Source: a virus (Duplodnaviria; Caudoviricetes). Taken from it: a DNA stretch of 64,000 bases. The stretch spans positions 32,001 to 96,000 of IMG/VR virus record IMGVR_UViG_3300002835_000001, one strand, 5' to 3'. A program made the position numbers and the translations under genes. The notes under the pieces were generated by a model. That model was not told where the DNA came from. It saw only the letters and a list, made by a program, of their open reading frames with translations, and made no database searches. Shown here one piece after another: positions 1 to 9,333 of this stretch (position 1 is its first letter; each line of letters starts with the position of its first letter).

Positions 1-78
1 ACATTACATATGTTGATGACATTATCCAAACCAATATTAAAAAAACGATTAATAACGTACTCATTTAATAAAATTTAT

Positions 79-579
79 TTAACAAAAATCGTCTGAAGAT
101 GAAACTCTTAGTCCGTCTACAATTCTATCGTCATATTTTGGGTCATCAAAATATGAACCAGCACCTTTAGACCTTTCATTTTTTCGATATTCACGATTAA
201 CTACTAACCCATCAGGTTCACCCCATTCAAGTGCCATCGTTATAAATTCCTCAACATTAATCTCTTCTCCGTATTCATTAACAATACGACCCGAACGAAT
301 AAACTCTAATAGACTTTCTTTATCGTTATAGTATTTGTCTTTGTGAAAGTTCCAACAGAATTTCCAACCCATACTTCGTTTACCTAAATGTATATTTGTT
401 CCATCGATAAACATTTCCCAAGGTGAAAACCATTCCCAATCTTTTGTTGGTGAGATGTACTTCATTCCCCTTTCGAGGTTTTCCATTGACATATCCATTG
501 TTGTAACTTGTTGAATTAGAGTTTGTTGTTTCTTCAACATCTCTTCGTGTGTTGGTATTCTGTAGTAGTTTGTGCTCAT
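79..579 (-). CDS. hypothetical phage protein (166 aa)
   Basis: ORF track; preceded by a Bacteroidota-type promoter at 599-629; no family recognised. Confidence 0.75.
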   Translation of the reverse strand: MSTNYYRIPTHEEMLKKQQTLIQQVTTMDMSMENLERGMKYISPTKDWEWFSPWEMFIDGTNIHLGKRSMGWKFCWNFHKDKYYNDKESLLEFIRSGRIVNEYGEEINVEEFITMALEWGEPDGLVVNREYRKNERSKGAGSYFDDPKYDDRIVDGLRVSSSDDFC

Positions 580-598
580 CGTGAGTTAGTTTATAACA

Positions 599-629
599 CA
601 AAAATAAATATTATTATTGATATATCAAA
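599..629 (-). promoter_or_regulatory. Bacteroidota sigma70-type promoter (TTTG-N19-TATTTTTG)
   Basis: minus strand TTTG (626-629), 19-nt spacer, TATTTTTG (599-606), upstream of ORF 79..579; matches the -33/-7 consensus TTTG...TAnnTTTG. Confidence 0.6.
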
Positions 630-636
630 ATATTAC

Positions 637-665
637 AAAAAAAATCCCCCAAATTTCTTTGGGGG
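637..665 (-). terminator. rho-independent terminator
   Basis: hairpin CCCCCAAA-TTTC-TTTGGGGG (646-665) next to an A-run (637-644) that is a U-run on the minus strand; lies downstream of ORF 721..2109. Confidence 0.7.
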
Positions 666-720
666 ACTAACTGAAACCCTACGTAGGTCAGTCCTTGGAA
701 ATTACCAAGAAAAGGTTAAT

Positions 721-2109
721 TTATTTTTTTAATTGATTAATAATATCATTAACAATTCTGTTAACTTTACTTTCGTCTAATTTTGTTATCTTAGTTGTCT
801 CTTTCCTCGGTTTGAATATACGAGTCGTTAAATCTGGAATAGGATTATAACTCTGAATATCATTACTAACTTTTTCAAGTGCGGCTTCTAATGCCCTATA
901 AACTCTAGGATTCTTTAATATACTTCCGTTTGGTTCATATGTAAGTTCGGGTTTATCTTTACGTTCCTCAGTTTCGACACTTGCAAAGAAGTTTTTATCA
1001 GGATTTATCGGACCATAGGAATCTTCTCTAAACTTTTCACCGATTTCCGTTTTAATCTCAACAGTCCAAACATATTTCTGAATACCGGTATCATCATTAA
1101 CATATAACTTACCTGTAATTGTTAACCATGTGGTTAATAAATAATCTTGGTCTTCAACCTTATAACCACCCCTCTCATTTTTATGAATTGGGGTAAATGG
1201 ATCTTTAGCAAAAGATAAATCCATTTTAGCATTTTTTCTTTGTCTTGCCCAATTAGCGCTAATTGAATTGAATTGGCGAGCCATACCTTCAGGTTTTATA
1301 CCAAGAGAGGTTGTATCAGCTTCATCAAAAGGAACACCATTCAAATCTAACAACTTATCCGCGTTTTGTGCAAACCTAGCGAAGTCACGAAATGGCAATA
1401 TAGTAAATGATGTGAATTGAAAACTTTCATTTTCTTTCTCCGAATATCTATCAATATTTCTTTTTTGGTGTCCCGGATCTTGTGTTGGGTAATCTAAAGG
1501 AGCAAATCCCGACAATATCATTTTTTTATTTATTCTATCGTTTACTAAAAATTTGGTAACAGGTTTACGGAAGTCTCTTAATAATTTATTTCTTGAACTT
1601 ATAGGTACAGATTTCTTACCTGTATCTTTAAAAGGTATACCTGTTAATTCTTGATACTTTTCCCATCTTGGCGATGGCCCCTTTTTACCTTCAGCCGGAC
1701 CTAATCTAAAGTATTCTGGAACCTTACTAAATCCTAGTTCTTCAACTGTTATAAAAACAATTGGTCTATCTTCACCAAGATATGGATGTACCTTTGTTTC
1801 CAACCACTCTCGGTACTTTGGATCATTAATAATATCTTCTTTGGTTTTATTATGTAATAAATGAACCCCAACCTGCTCACCAGGTCTTTGGAATGGATTC
1901 ATAACATAAAATGACTGATGTTTAGGTTGATCCCCATCATAAGATATGGCTTTTTCAGCCGCGGGTTTTGAACCTAGTTTCTCAGCTTTTGGTCCCTCTC
2001 CTCTTCTTGCCCTTATACCTTGTAATTGGTCGTCAAAGGCCATTTCATCCATCTCAAAATGTGACTCTTGAATAATAGATAATAGATTTTGTTTTGATAT
2101 TTCTTTCAT
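721..2109 (-). CDS. hypothetical protein, possibly virion-associated (462 aa)
   Basis: long ORF; helical termini (LLSIIQES; LDESKVNRIVNDIINQLKK); TATTTAT motif upstream. Confidence 0.8.
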   Translation of the reverse strand: MKEISKQNLLSIIQESHFEMDEMAFDDQLQGIRARRGEGPKAEKLGSKPAAEKAISYDGDQPKHQSFYVMNPFQRPGEQVGVHLLHNKTKEDIINDPKYREWLETKVHPYLGEDRPIVFITVEELGFSKVPEYFRLGPAEGKKGPSPRWEKYQELTGIPFKDTGKKSVPISSRNKLLRDFRKPVTKFLVNDRINKKMILSGFAPLDYPTQDPGHQKRNIDRYSEKENESFQFTSFTILPFRDFARFAQNADKLLDLNGVPFDEADTTSLGIKPEGMARQFNSISANWARQRKNAKMDLSFAKDPFTPIHKNERGGYKVEDQDYLLTTWLTITGKLYVNDDTGIQKYVWTVEIKTEIGEKFREDSYGPINPDKNFFASVETEERKDKPELTYEPNGSILKNPRVYRALEAALEKVSNDIQSYNPIPDLTTRIFKPRKETTKITKLDESKVNRIVNDIINQLKK

Positions 2110-2176
2110 AATTAAGATAATTCCTTTGATATAAATATAAATTTTTCCAGAATAATCTTGTACCTTAGTCGGTTAA

Positions 2177-2416
2177 TTATTTTTTATGAAATAGGTCATA
2201 AAACATCTGTCTAACCTTTGAACCCAAATCTTGATTGTTTGGGTATAAGTTGATTAAGTACGTGGGAACAACCATCTGTTCTCGACTAATTTCTTTTAAG
2301 TGACAGGTTATACATAATTGACCCGAACCATCTTCATAGCCCACTCTTGAATCGACGTGTGTTGTAACGTCAATATTGGTTTCTTCACCGCAAAGGATGC
2401 ATTTTTCGTTTGACAT
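2177..2416 (-). CDS. small hypothetical protein with two CxxC pairs
   Basis: CILC ... CITC in 79 aa; possible Zn-binding. Confidence 0.65.
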   Translation of the reverse strand: MSNEKCILCGEETNIDVTTHVDSRVGYEDGSGQLCITCHLKEISREQMVVPTYLINLYPNNQDLGSKVRQMFYDLFHKK

Positions 2417-2479
2417 AACTATAATTTAGAGTACTAAAATAGTAAATATGTTTTAAAAATCCAAGAAAAAATATAAAAA

Positions 2480-3844
2480 TTATACTAAAGCCGCAACCCT
2501 TGGGCTGGCTCCCGAATTGTAACTTGCCACCACTTTCCCAACCAAGTCACCGGTTCCCCATGTTTTTAAAGACTCACATCTAGCAATGTTTGCAGCACCA
2601 ATGTCATCTTTAAGTCCATTAACAATACAATCGTATCTACCATTTTTTAAGGTTTTAATGGTTGCAACCATCCCATCTTCCAAAGATGTGTAGTTTCTAA
2701 CACCAGCACTATTCATTGTAGTTGAACCCGGCAAATTCCATGTTGTGTTGAATGGGTTATATTTTCCTCCGTTACCCTCCGCTTGTCTCCAAGCATACAT
2801 GTACTTCATATTCTCATCACTTACAGGTGCACCTAAGTTTTCTAATAACTTAGCGTAGAAATTTTTATCAGCCAAATCGGCAACATTTATTGTGTCAATA
2901 TTCTTTTTTAAATCTTCAGAAGTAACTCCCCTTTCTTTTAATAGTTCAATCAATTTTTTAAGCATCTCAGGAGTCGCTTTAACCATCGTTTCGGATGGTG
3001 CAGAACCTGAGACTCCTTCTTTATTAGATACGTGTAAATGATTATAGTGATTTCCTCCAGTATCTGTTTGCCATAATACGGCCTTTTGATTACCACCTTC
3101 AGCATTTAACGCGTAACCCATATTAAGCAACTCTTTCTGTACTCTATCGCCTAATTCTCTAAATTGTGGATTACCATTAGAACTATTCGATGCTCCACCT
3201 GCACCAATACCATCCAATAATGCAATATCAACAGCCGTATTTGTGGCGTGTCTACTAGGTTTTCCATTTATGGTTAAATTTCCGTGTCCAGATTTTGCCG
3301 TTGTTATTGTAACAACCACACCTGCGTTAGATGCTGCAGTTTGTAAATCGTCTAATAATGGTTGATTTAATTGGTCATTTTGGGTTCCGTCACTATCAAA
3401 TTTTACGTTAGAATAACTTGTGTCTCCGAGTCGAACAAACACCTCATTGATTGCAGTTTTAGTGTCACTACTTACTTTTTCATTTGTAAACTTATTGACT
3501 GCAGTTGCTGTTTCGGGTCCAAATAGACCATCCACCCCATGGTTAGGTAATTCATACCCTAATAAAATTAAACCGACTTGCATCGATTCAACTTCTTTTT
3601 GGAATGTCATAGACCCACTTTCCTGTTGGGAAATACCTTCACCTTCGGAGGCTTTTTGTAATGTATTATAGAACTCTTCTACGTCGGAAGAAACTAAGTC
3701 GGCCTTTTTGGGATCGTCTGTTTTTTCTATTCCAACTTTTTTTAATATATCATCTAAAAATCCTTGTCCCTGTTCCTGGAGTATTTTATTACCATACGTA
3801 ATTGAATGGATTCTTTCTAAATCTTCTCGTAGTGTCCTTTTCAT
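2480..3844 (-). CDS. multi-domain cell-wall hydrolase: peptidoglycan-binding + M15-like peptidase + lysozyme-like domain
   Basis: LILLGY...VDGLFGPETATAVNKF (PG-binding); SRH..AVD..HLHV (Zn-peptidase M15-like); AWRQAEG..YNPFNTT..GVRNY..EDGMVATIKTL (lysozyme-like). Confidence 0.7.
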   Translation of the reverse strand: MKRTLREDLERIHSITYGNKILQEQGQGFLDDILKKVGIEKTDDPKKADLVSSDVEEFYNTLQKASEGEGISQQESGSMTFQKEVESMQVGLILLGYELPNHGVDGLFGPETATAVNKFTNEKVSSDTKTAINEVFVRLGDTSYSNVKFDSDGTQNDQLNQPLLDDLQTAASNAGVVVTITTAKSGHGNLTINGKPSRHATNTAVDIALLDGIGAGGASNSSNGNPQFRELGDRVQKELLNMGYALNAEGGNQKAVLWQTDTGGNHYNHLHVSNKEGVSGSAPSETMVKATPEMLKKLIELLKERGVTSEDLKKNIDTINVADLADKNFYAKLLENLGAPVSDENMKYMYAWRQAEGNGGKYNPFNTTWNLPGSTTMNSAGVRNYTSLEDGMVATIKTLKNGRYDCIVNGLKDDIGAANIARCESLKTWGTGDLVGKVVASYNSGASPRVAALV

Positions 3845-3865
3845 AATAATATAAATACTCAGAAA

Positions 3866-4039
3866 TTACATAATCTGATTCTTATCTTCTTCATTTTCTT
3901 TATCACTCCCCCAATTTAAAAAATCTTCACCTTTATAGTCAGGGTGGTTCTTTTGCATGTAATCAATACCAACAACCCATCTCCATGAGATAAAACCAAT
4001 GACGATGAACATTATTCCAAAAACCGGTAAGTATTCCAT
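3866..4039 (-). CDS. small membrane protein (57 aa), not in ORF track
   Basis: manual translation MEYLPVFGIMFIVIGFISWRWVVGIDYMQKNHPDYKGEDFLNWG...; fills the gap between two minus-strand genes. Confidence 0.6.
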   Translation of the reverse strand: MEYLPVFGIMFIVIGFISWRWVVGIDYMQKNHPDYKGEDFLNWGSDKENEEDKNQIM

Positions 4040-4043
4040 ATTA

Positions 4044-4406
4044 TTATTTTTTAGTTATTCCGTGTTCTTTTGGTTTACCCTCATTATCAACACATACAAA
4101 CACAAGTTTATCGACAACAATAATTAATCTTTGTGTATCTTTATTTCTGACCATACACTTAATACTAATAGATGTTTTTCCAAGTGATATTAATTCACAA
4201 CCAATTTCAATAACATCACCTAGTTTTGCAGATGAAATAAAATCAATCTCACTCATTATTTTTGTTACAATATCTTTAGTATCAAGTTGACACATACAAA
4301 ATATTGAAGCCTCTTCATCAATCCACTTTAATAACTGTCCACCAAATAGTGTACCTCTCGAATTTAAATCTTCCGGTTTAATTAGTTTTCTAGTTCTGTA
4401 GTCCAT
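4044..4406 (-). CDS. acyl-CoA thioesterase (hotdog fold, YciA-like)
   Basis: KPEDLNSRGTLFGGQLLKWIDEEA ... LVFVCVD..GKP. Confidence 0.9.
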   Translation of the reverse strand: MDYRTRKLIKPEDLNSRGTLFGGQLLKWIDEEASIFCMCQLDTKDIVTKIMSEIDFISSAKLGDVIEIGCELISLGKTSISIKCMVRNKDTQRLIIVVDKLVFVCVDNEGKPKEHGITKK

Positions 4407-4989
4407 TATCTATTAAATATTTTATAATCTTTTCTTTTATTCCTGTTTGCTTAATCCCCTCAATACTTTTTGGTGTTAACACAAAGTTTGTTAAACCCCA
4501 ATCCATTTCCATCTCACCCCATGTTTCATTTGTTTGGGGAATACCCATATTCAAATCGTCGACCGCAACCCAATGAGTAATTTCAGGATGTTCCCGTAGA
4601 TATTGTTTAATCTCCAAGGAACGAGACTGTTCTAAGTCATATGTTCTTGACCAAGGAAAATTTTGTGGGACTTCACACTCACCTAAGTTTTTAGTGAACG
4701 ATATTGGTTTTTTTTTGAGTCCTTGTGACTCATAATATTCACCCATCTCCTCAACAGAGGCCCATCTTTTCCAATCAGATGAGACAACGATTTCAGCATT
4801 AGTTTCTTCCAGTATTTCATTTAGTATTTCAATTGCTTTCTTATTAAAATTATCAAAGCGTGCGTCAACGGGTAAAGATTCTACCGATTGACTTAACTTA
4901 CGTACTAATTTTTTTTGTTTTTTATGTCTTCCTCCCCATTCCGTTGATAGACATATGACACCGTCGTGATCAAGAAATATTATCTTCAT
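4390..4989 (-). CDS. HAD-superfamily phosphatase (Swiss-army-knife RNA repair-like HAD)
   Basis: IIFLDHDGVI motif I; IVVSSDW; WVAVDDL. Confidence 0.8.
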   Translation of the reverse strand: MKIIFLDHDGVICLSTEWGGRHKKQKKLVRKLSQSVESLPVDARFDNFNKKAIEILNEILEETNAEIVVSSDWKRWASVEEMGEYYESQGLKKKPISFTKNLGECEVPQNFPWSRTYDLEQSRSLEIKQYLREHPEITHWVAVDDLNMGIPQTNETWGEMEMDWGLTNFVLTPKSIEGIKQTGIKEKIIKYLIDNGLQN

Positions 4990-5389
4990 TGAATTGTGTT
5001 TTAATTACGTCATCAAGTTTTGTCTCAACCAAATCTTTTTTATTTTTTTTGGCTCTCGTTTTTCTAAACGGTTCCATAATTTTTTGTCTTCTTTTGTCCT
5101 TCAACTCCATTAATTTTTTATATGCCAGAACCATTTCTTCACATTGTTCTTTATTATACTCGTCGGTTACTTTATAAAATTTACCATCAGTACCATCCAA
5201 ATCATAATGTATATTCTTTTCATTTACAATATACGGTCTTTGATATGACACACCATTAATTGTGTCTATACAATTAACGACCCCGCAATATTTAATAACC
5301 CCTTTGTTAACACTACCGTATTTGGTGAATTGTATGTACTTATCACCTTCTTCAAACATAAATTTTTCATCGCTTCCTGTTGAGAACAT
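4970..5389 (-). CDS. hypothetical protein
   Basis: ORF track; operon-like overlap with neighbours. Confidence 0.65.
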   Translation of the reverse strand: MFSTGSDEKFMFEEGDKYIQFTKYGSVNKGVIKYCGVVNCIDTINGVSYQRPYIVNEKNIHYDLDGTDGKFYKVTDEYNKEQCEEMVLAYKKLMELKDKRRQKIMEPFRKTRAKKNKKDLVETKLDDVIKTQFNEDNIS

Positions 5390-5392
5390 AAT

Positions 5393-6073
5393 CTATTTAT
5401 TAAACTTCTTAAAATTACTTTTAAACTTTGATTCATATTTTTTTAACTCCTTCGTATCTAGTCCATTGTATAAACCTGTGGACATAAATGCTTGGATTTC
5501 GTCATTGATTATTTTTTTATCGTTGACATATCCCATCTTGATTAGTTTCTTTTTCAACTTTTCGTGATGAATTGGTTTAATACCTTTGATTATTTTGGTA
5601 ACTTCTTTTTTATATTCCTTGTCGGTAAAATACAATCCGTGTGCAATTTCATGATCCATCGTCTTTAAATCTTTACTACTTGCACCAATCAGATACCAAT
5701 CGGTTCGTCTTCCATCATTCTTTTCCGTTGCATCATTTGTACAATACCAATAGATGTCGTTCATGATCGAATCGTACTCAGTGTCTTTACAAAACTGATG
5801 ATGAGCAGATTGTAAAATGTTACAGGGAATATTATAACCAGACCAATCTTCTGGATATGTAAATGTTTTCTTTTTCCAAGCATCTTTATAGAATCTCATA
5901 TACTCCATCCAAGTAAAATATTTATTCCTGAATATTTTATATGGTGATTCGTAGAATTCTTGGTATCGACAGAACAACATCGCTCTATCGTAATCATCAT
6001 CAACGGTTACACAATATATTCTTGGTTTTATTTCTTTTACTTTACCCTTTACTAGTGGGTGTTTGATTTCCAT
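5393..6073 (-). CDS. hypothetical protein with HExxH motif (possible metalloprotease-like)
   Basis: DHEIAHG and downstream DEIQAF. Confidence 0.6.
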   Translation of the reverse strand: MEIKHPLVKGKVKEIKPRIYCVTVDDDYDRAMLFCRYQEFYESPYKIFRNKYFTWMEYMRFYKDAWKKKTFTYPEDWSGYNIPCNILQSAHHQFCKDTEYDSIMNDIYWYCTNDATEKNDGRRTDWYLIGASSKDLKTMDHEIAHGLYFTDKEYKKEVTKIIKGIKPIHHEKLKKKLIKMGYVNDKKIINDEIQAFMSTGLYNGLDTKELKKYESKFKSNFKKFNK

Positions 6074-6278
6074 GTACTTTGTTTTTATTAAACCAAATTA
6101 TGTGTGTCACCAATATTGCAAAATTTACAAATATAGTTGGGTTGTTTGATATGAGATATCCATAGAATATCCACATAACACAAGCAATTGAATTCACCAA
6201 TCTTAATTTCCACATTGTTTTAAATGTCATAGACGATAAAACAACTAAGGATGCAATCCACCCTATTAAATCAATCAT
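6042..6278 (-). CDS. YgjV-like small membrane protein
   Basis: IGWIASLVVLSSM..KLRLVN.IAC..WIFYG; three hydrophobic segments. Confidence 0.65.
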   Translation of the reverse strand: MIDLIGWIASLVVLSSMTFKTMWKLRLVNSIACVMWIFYGYLISNNPTIFVNFAILVTHIIWFNKNKVHGNQTPTSKG

Positions 6279-6373
6279 TTCAATTTATTTATTTGTCTCA
6301 GTAAATCAACCATACCAAAAACTGATGTTGCAGCAAAAAATATAAACCCAAAAATAATTAATAAATTTATCAT
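6275..6373 (-). CDS. small membrane peptide (32 aa), not in ORF track
   Basis: manual translation MINLLIIFGFIFFAATSVFGMVDLLRQINKLK; 4-nt overlaps with both neighbours. Confidence 0.5.
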   Translation of the reverse strand: MINLLIIFGFIFFAATSVFGMVDLLRQINKLK

Positions 6374-6573
6374 CTAATGTATTTAAATTTATTTCCCAAA
6401 TTATTAATAAAGTTTTCTTCTTCGACAGATAATAAATCTCTACACTTTGCAAGATTTTCTAAGCTTTCCCAAAATATTTGGTCATTGACGTTTGGTCTAC
6501 GAACACCATTTTTATTACTTTTAGTGTTTTGGTCTGGTTGGATGTGTCCTTCCTCAATTGAAAATTCTGGCAT
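6370..6573 (-). CDS. hypothetical protein
   Basis: ORF track. Confidence 0.55.
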   Translation of the reverse strand: MPEFSIEEGHIQPDQNTKSNKNGVRRPNVNDQIFWESLENLAKCRDLLSVEEENFINNLGNKFKYIR

Positions 6574-6629
6574 AATATTACGTTTTATTGTTTAATAAAA
6601 TATATGAAATAAAATTGAAAATAAAAAAT

Positions 6630-6959
6630 TTAGAGAGCAAAACTTTCTCCACATCCACAAGTGCGGCTTGCCTGTGGGTTAATCCAATTAAAACCTTTTC
6701 CGTTTAATCCATCGGAATAGTCTAATTCGGTACCATATAGATATAGAACTGATTTTTTATCTATAATCACCTTCAACGCGTTTAAATCAACGACTTCATC
6801 CATGTCTGTGATTGTGTCATCAAAATCCATCGCATATGATAATCCACTACAACCACCTCCTTTAACGCCAACACGAAGATAATGAGTATCAGGATTTATC
6901 CCCTGATTCATCATTAATTCTATAACATGTTCAAGTGCTTTATCCGATACTGTAACCAT
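6630..6959 (-). CDS. iscA: A-type Fe-S cluster carrier (IscA/HesB)
   Basis: LRVGVKGGGCSGLSY ... TCGCGESF; three conserved Cys. Confidence 0.95.
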   Translation of the reverse strand: MVTVSDKALEHVIELMMNQGINPDTHYLRVGVKGGGCSGLSYAMDFDDTITDMDEVVDLNALKVIIDKKSVLYLYGTELDYSDGLNGKGFNWINPQASRTCGCGESFAL

Positions 6960-6960
6960 C

Positions 6961-7269
6961 TTAATTATATTTTAAACCAAAGAATTCGTAGTTCTTATGA
7001 ACATACTCTTCATCACCTGCTTTTATTGCTAAATCTTCGTCCTCATAAATAGCACTAACGGGACATTCAGGTACACATGCACCACAATTGATACATATAT
7101 CTGGATTTATGTAAAGTTGTCCACCAGGGAACGCATCTTTACCTTGTTTCCCAACTTCCGAACCTGAACCCTCTATATCAATTGGTCCGTGAATACAATC
7201 AACAGGACACACATTTGCACATGCAGTATCCATACAATCAACACAAGCCCTACCAATGATAAAACTCAT
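6961..7269 (-). CDS. fdxA: 7Fe/8Fe-type ferredoxin (FdxA-like)
   Basis: CVDCMDTACANVCPVDCIH and CINCGACVPECPVSAI. Confidence 0.85.
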   Translation of the reverse strand: MSFIIGRACVDCMDTACANVCPVDCIHGPIDIEGSGSEVGKQGKDAFPGGQLYINPDICINCGACVPECPVSAIYEDEDLAIKAGDEEYVHKNYEFFGLKYN

Positions 7270-7736
7270 AACTTATTTTTTTGTTTGTTTTCTAAAATAA
7301 AATGTTTAACACTTTCTCTTTTTTCGTCATTAAAGATATCCTCGAATTTAATTTCTTGTAATCCTTGCTTCTTTCTATAGTCATTTATTGCGGATTTAAT
7401 AGCATCTTCAGCCAATACTGAACAATGTATCTTAACTGGAGGTAACGATAGTTCCTCCACTAAATCCATGTTATCAATCGTCAACGCATCATCGATACTC
7501 TTTCCTTTCAACCATTCAGTGGCTACTGAAGAAGAGGCGATTGCTGAACCACATCCGAAGGTTTTAAATTTTGCATCAACAATGATGTTGTCAATCACTT
7601 CTATTTGTAATCTCATGACATCACCACATTCAGGAGCACCAACCAATCCTGTTCCCACGCTTAACTTAGATTTATCCAAGGTTCCTACGTTTCTTGGATT
7701 ATTGAAATGGTCTATCACCTTATCTCCGTATGCCAT
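7266..7736 (-). CDS. iscU: Fe-S cluster scaffold IscU
   Basis: DHFNNPRNVG, GAPECGDVMRLQI, FKTFGCGSAIASSS, LPPVKIHCSVLAEDAI. Confidence 0.95.
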   Translation of the reverse strand: MAYGDKVIDHFNNPRNVGTLDKSKLSVGTGLVGAPECGDVMRLQIEVIDNIIVDAKFKTFGCGSAIASSSVATEWLKGKSIDDALTIDNMDLVEELSLPPVKIHCSVLAEDAIKSAINDYRKKQGLQEIKFEDIFNDEKRESVKHFILENKQKNKL

Positions 7737-7759
7737 AGTATTTGTTTATATGATAAATA

Positions 7760-8005
7760 TCAGTTAATTAGTTCGTCCGTATTGATGTTATGGTTATCTA
7801 ATATTTCGTGTATCTTTTCATACACCAATTCCAAAGCATCGTATTTGTCAATTTCTTTACCCTCCATTGACCATTCTAAACCTTTTTTAGTGTTATGTAC
7901 AATGTCCCATAGAGCCATTGCCATATCTAAAGATTTAACCGCTCTTTTGTGCTCCATAACATCGTCTGGATCACTCAAATCATATTCTAACGTCGCTTTT
8001 GCCAT
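7760..8005 (-). CDS. conserved phage hypothetical protein
   Basis: MAKATLEYDL ... ALWDI; ORF track. Confidence 0.7.
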   Translation of the reverse strand: MAKATLEYDLSDPDDVMEHKRAVKSLDMAMALWDIVHNTKKGLEWSMEGKEIDKYDALELVYEKIHEILDNHNINTDELIN

Positions 8006-8145
8006 AAGTCTTTAAGTTTTTTAGTTGGTCTTTTAGTTCTATAATTACCATTTTCAGTTTCTTCTAGTAATGGTGCTCTCCAAATCTCGTAAGCTATCCA
8101 TAAACCTATTACAATCATTAATAACGCAACATACATCATATACAT
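7987..8145 (-). CDS. small membrane-anchored protein
   Basis: likely start at 8145 (MYMMYVALLMIVIGLWIAYEIWRAP...) within track ORF 7987..8235. Confidence 0.55.
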   Translation of the reverse strand: MYMMYVALLMIVIGLWIAYEIWRAPLLEETENGNYRTKRPTKKLKDLWQKRR

Positions 8146-8149
8146 GTTT

Positions 8150-8473
8150 TTAGTTTGTGAAATATTGTGTTTTCCAAAACTGCCACCACTTCTTTTTTTG
8201 AACTGGTTTACATTCCGAAAATGGATTATTCCCAAATGAAACCGAGTTTGAATATTTTGAAGTCAATACATTTAAAAATATCTCATGATATTTTTTTGGT
8301 ACTTCATCAAAATCTGCACTTATATTAACATTTAAATACTTTGGTCCATCCTCCGTATAAATTGTAAATTGTTCATTCAAACTGACAATGGTGCTGGCTT
8401 TTATGTTTAAGTATTTTGTTCCACCTAAATTTAGGTCACCACTAATATGATTTTTAAACTCTTCGTCTGACAT
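8150..8473 (-). CDS. hypothetical protein
   Basis: ORF track; ends with KKKWWQFWK motif. Confidence 0.65.
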   Translation of the reverse strand: MSDEEFKNHISGDLNLGGTKYLNIKASTIVSLNEQFTIYTEDGPKYLNVNISADFDEVPKKYHEIFLNVLTSKYSNSVSFGNNPFSECKPVQKKKWWQFWKTQYFTN

Positions 8474-8475
8474 TT

Positions 8476-8739
8476 TTACTCTGTTTGTGTTATTAATATT
8501 AATTCAAATTCATCTGCTTCTTTTTTGTTTTGTTCTTTGAAGATTTCAAGAGCAATTTCATAGCGACTAACCTCAGTAAATTTAATAAATAATTCATCTC
8601 GTAAACTATCAATTTGTGCCGATGACGATATTTTAAGTTCTTGATACACCCTATCCTTTTCAAAGTATAAAAATGTCATCATAATTAACCCTAATAGTGT
8701 CATTACTAATCCCGCTCTGAATTTAGTTTCACTTGTCAT
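8476..8739 (-). CDS. membrane-anchored hypothetical protein
   Basis: N-terminal hydrophobic helix. Confidence 0.65.
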   Translation of the reverse strand: MTSETKFRAGLVMTLLGLIMMTFLYFEKDRVYQELKISSSAQIDSLRDELFIKFTEVSRYEIALEIFKEQNKKEADEFELILITQTE

Positions 8740-9038
8740 TAATCTAAGTTTTTAATATCAAATAATGTTTTTTCCACATCTTCTTTCGATAGATAACCAA
8801 GTACATCATTAGTAATTGATGTGTTGTAAGTTATTTGACCATCCTTCCCAAATACAGCCAATTCATATAAACCATCTTTTCCACCATACGTGTATTGGCT
8901 TCGAGCAATGCTAGCTCCGTAACCATTTGGAAATTGTACTATACATTGTTCCCCCATTCCCATTGGGTGTGGTTGAAAGTTGAGTTCTTTGAACACTATC
9001 GTGTCGAAATTGTTTGTTGGTCTTTCTGTTGTTTTCAT
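8739..9038 (-). CDS. conserved phage hypothetical protein
   Basis: FPNGYGASI..YGGKDGLYELAV motif, common in phage ORFs. Confidence 0.7.
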   Translation of the reverse strand: MKTTERPTNNFDTIVFKELNFQPHPMGMGEQCIVQFPNGYGASIARSQYTYGGKDGLYELAVFGKDGQITYNTSITNDVLGYLSKEDVEKTLFDIKNLD

Positions 9039-9083
9039 CTTTTAATTTTTTTACGAATGCTCGTGTTAAATAAAAATTCATAG

Positions 9084-9248
9084 TTAAAATATTTCTTCAG
9101 CAATACCTAAGACCTCTGCCAGTCCAAACAATACTGCTGCAATTTTTACGTCACCTTGAAATAGGAAAAAACAAGCACCAAACCTGATACCCGATTTTAC
9201 AATGCTAATCCAAAAATGACTATTTGATTTTGATTCTTTCTCTTGCAT
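9084..9248 (-). CDS. small membrane protein (54 aa), not in ORF track
   Basis: manual translation MQEKESKSNSHFWISIVKSGIRFGACFFLFQGDVKIAAVLFGLAEVLGIAEEIF; promoter directly upstream. Confidence 0.65.
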   Translation of the reverse strand: MQEKESKSNSHFWISIVKSGIRFGACFFLFQGDVKIAAVLFGLAEVLGIAEEIF

Positions 9249-9269
9249 GTTTTTCTATGTTTTATAAAA

Positions 9270-9300
9270 CAAATATATACAATCAAATTAATACCACAAA
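9270..9300 (-). promoter_or_regulatory. Bacteroidota sigma70-type promoter (TTTG-N19-TATATTTG)
   Basis: minus strand TTTG 9297-9300, 19-nt spacer, TATATTTG 9270-9277. Confidence 0.65.
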
Positions 9301-9333
9301 ATTTAAATGAAAATATTTTTTAACTATTGATTA

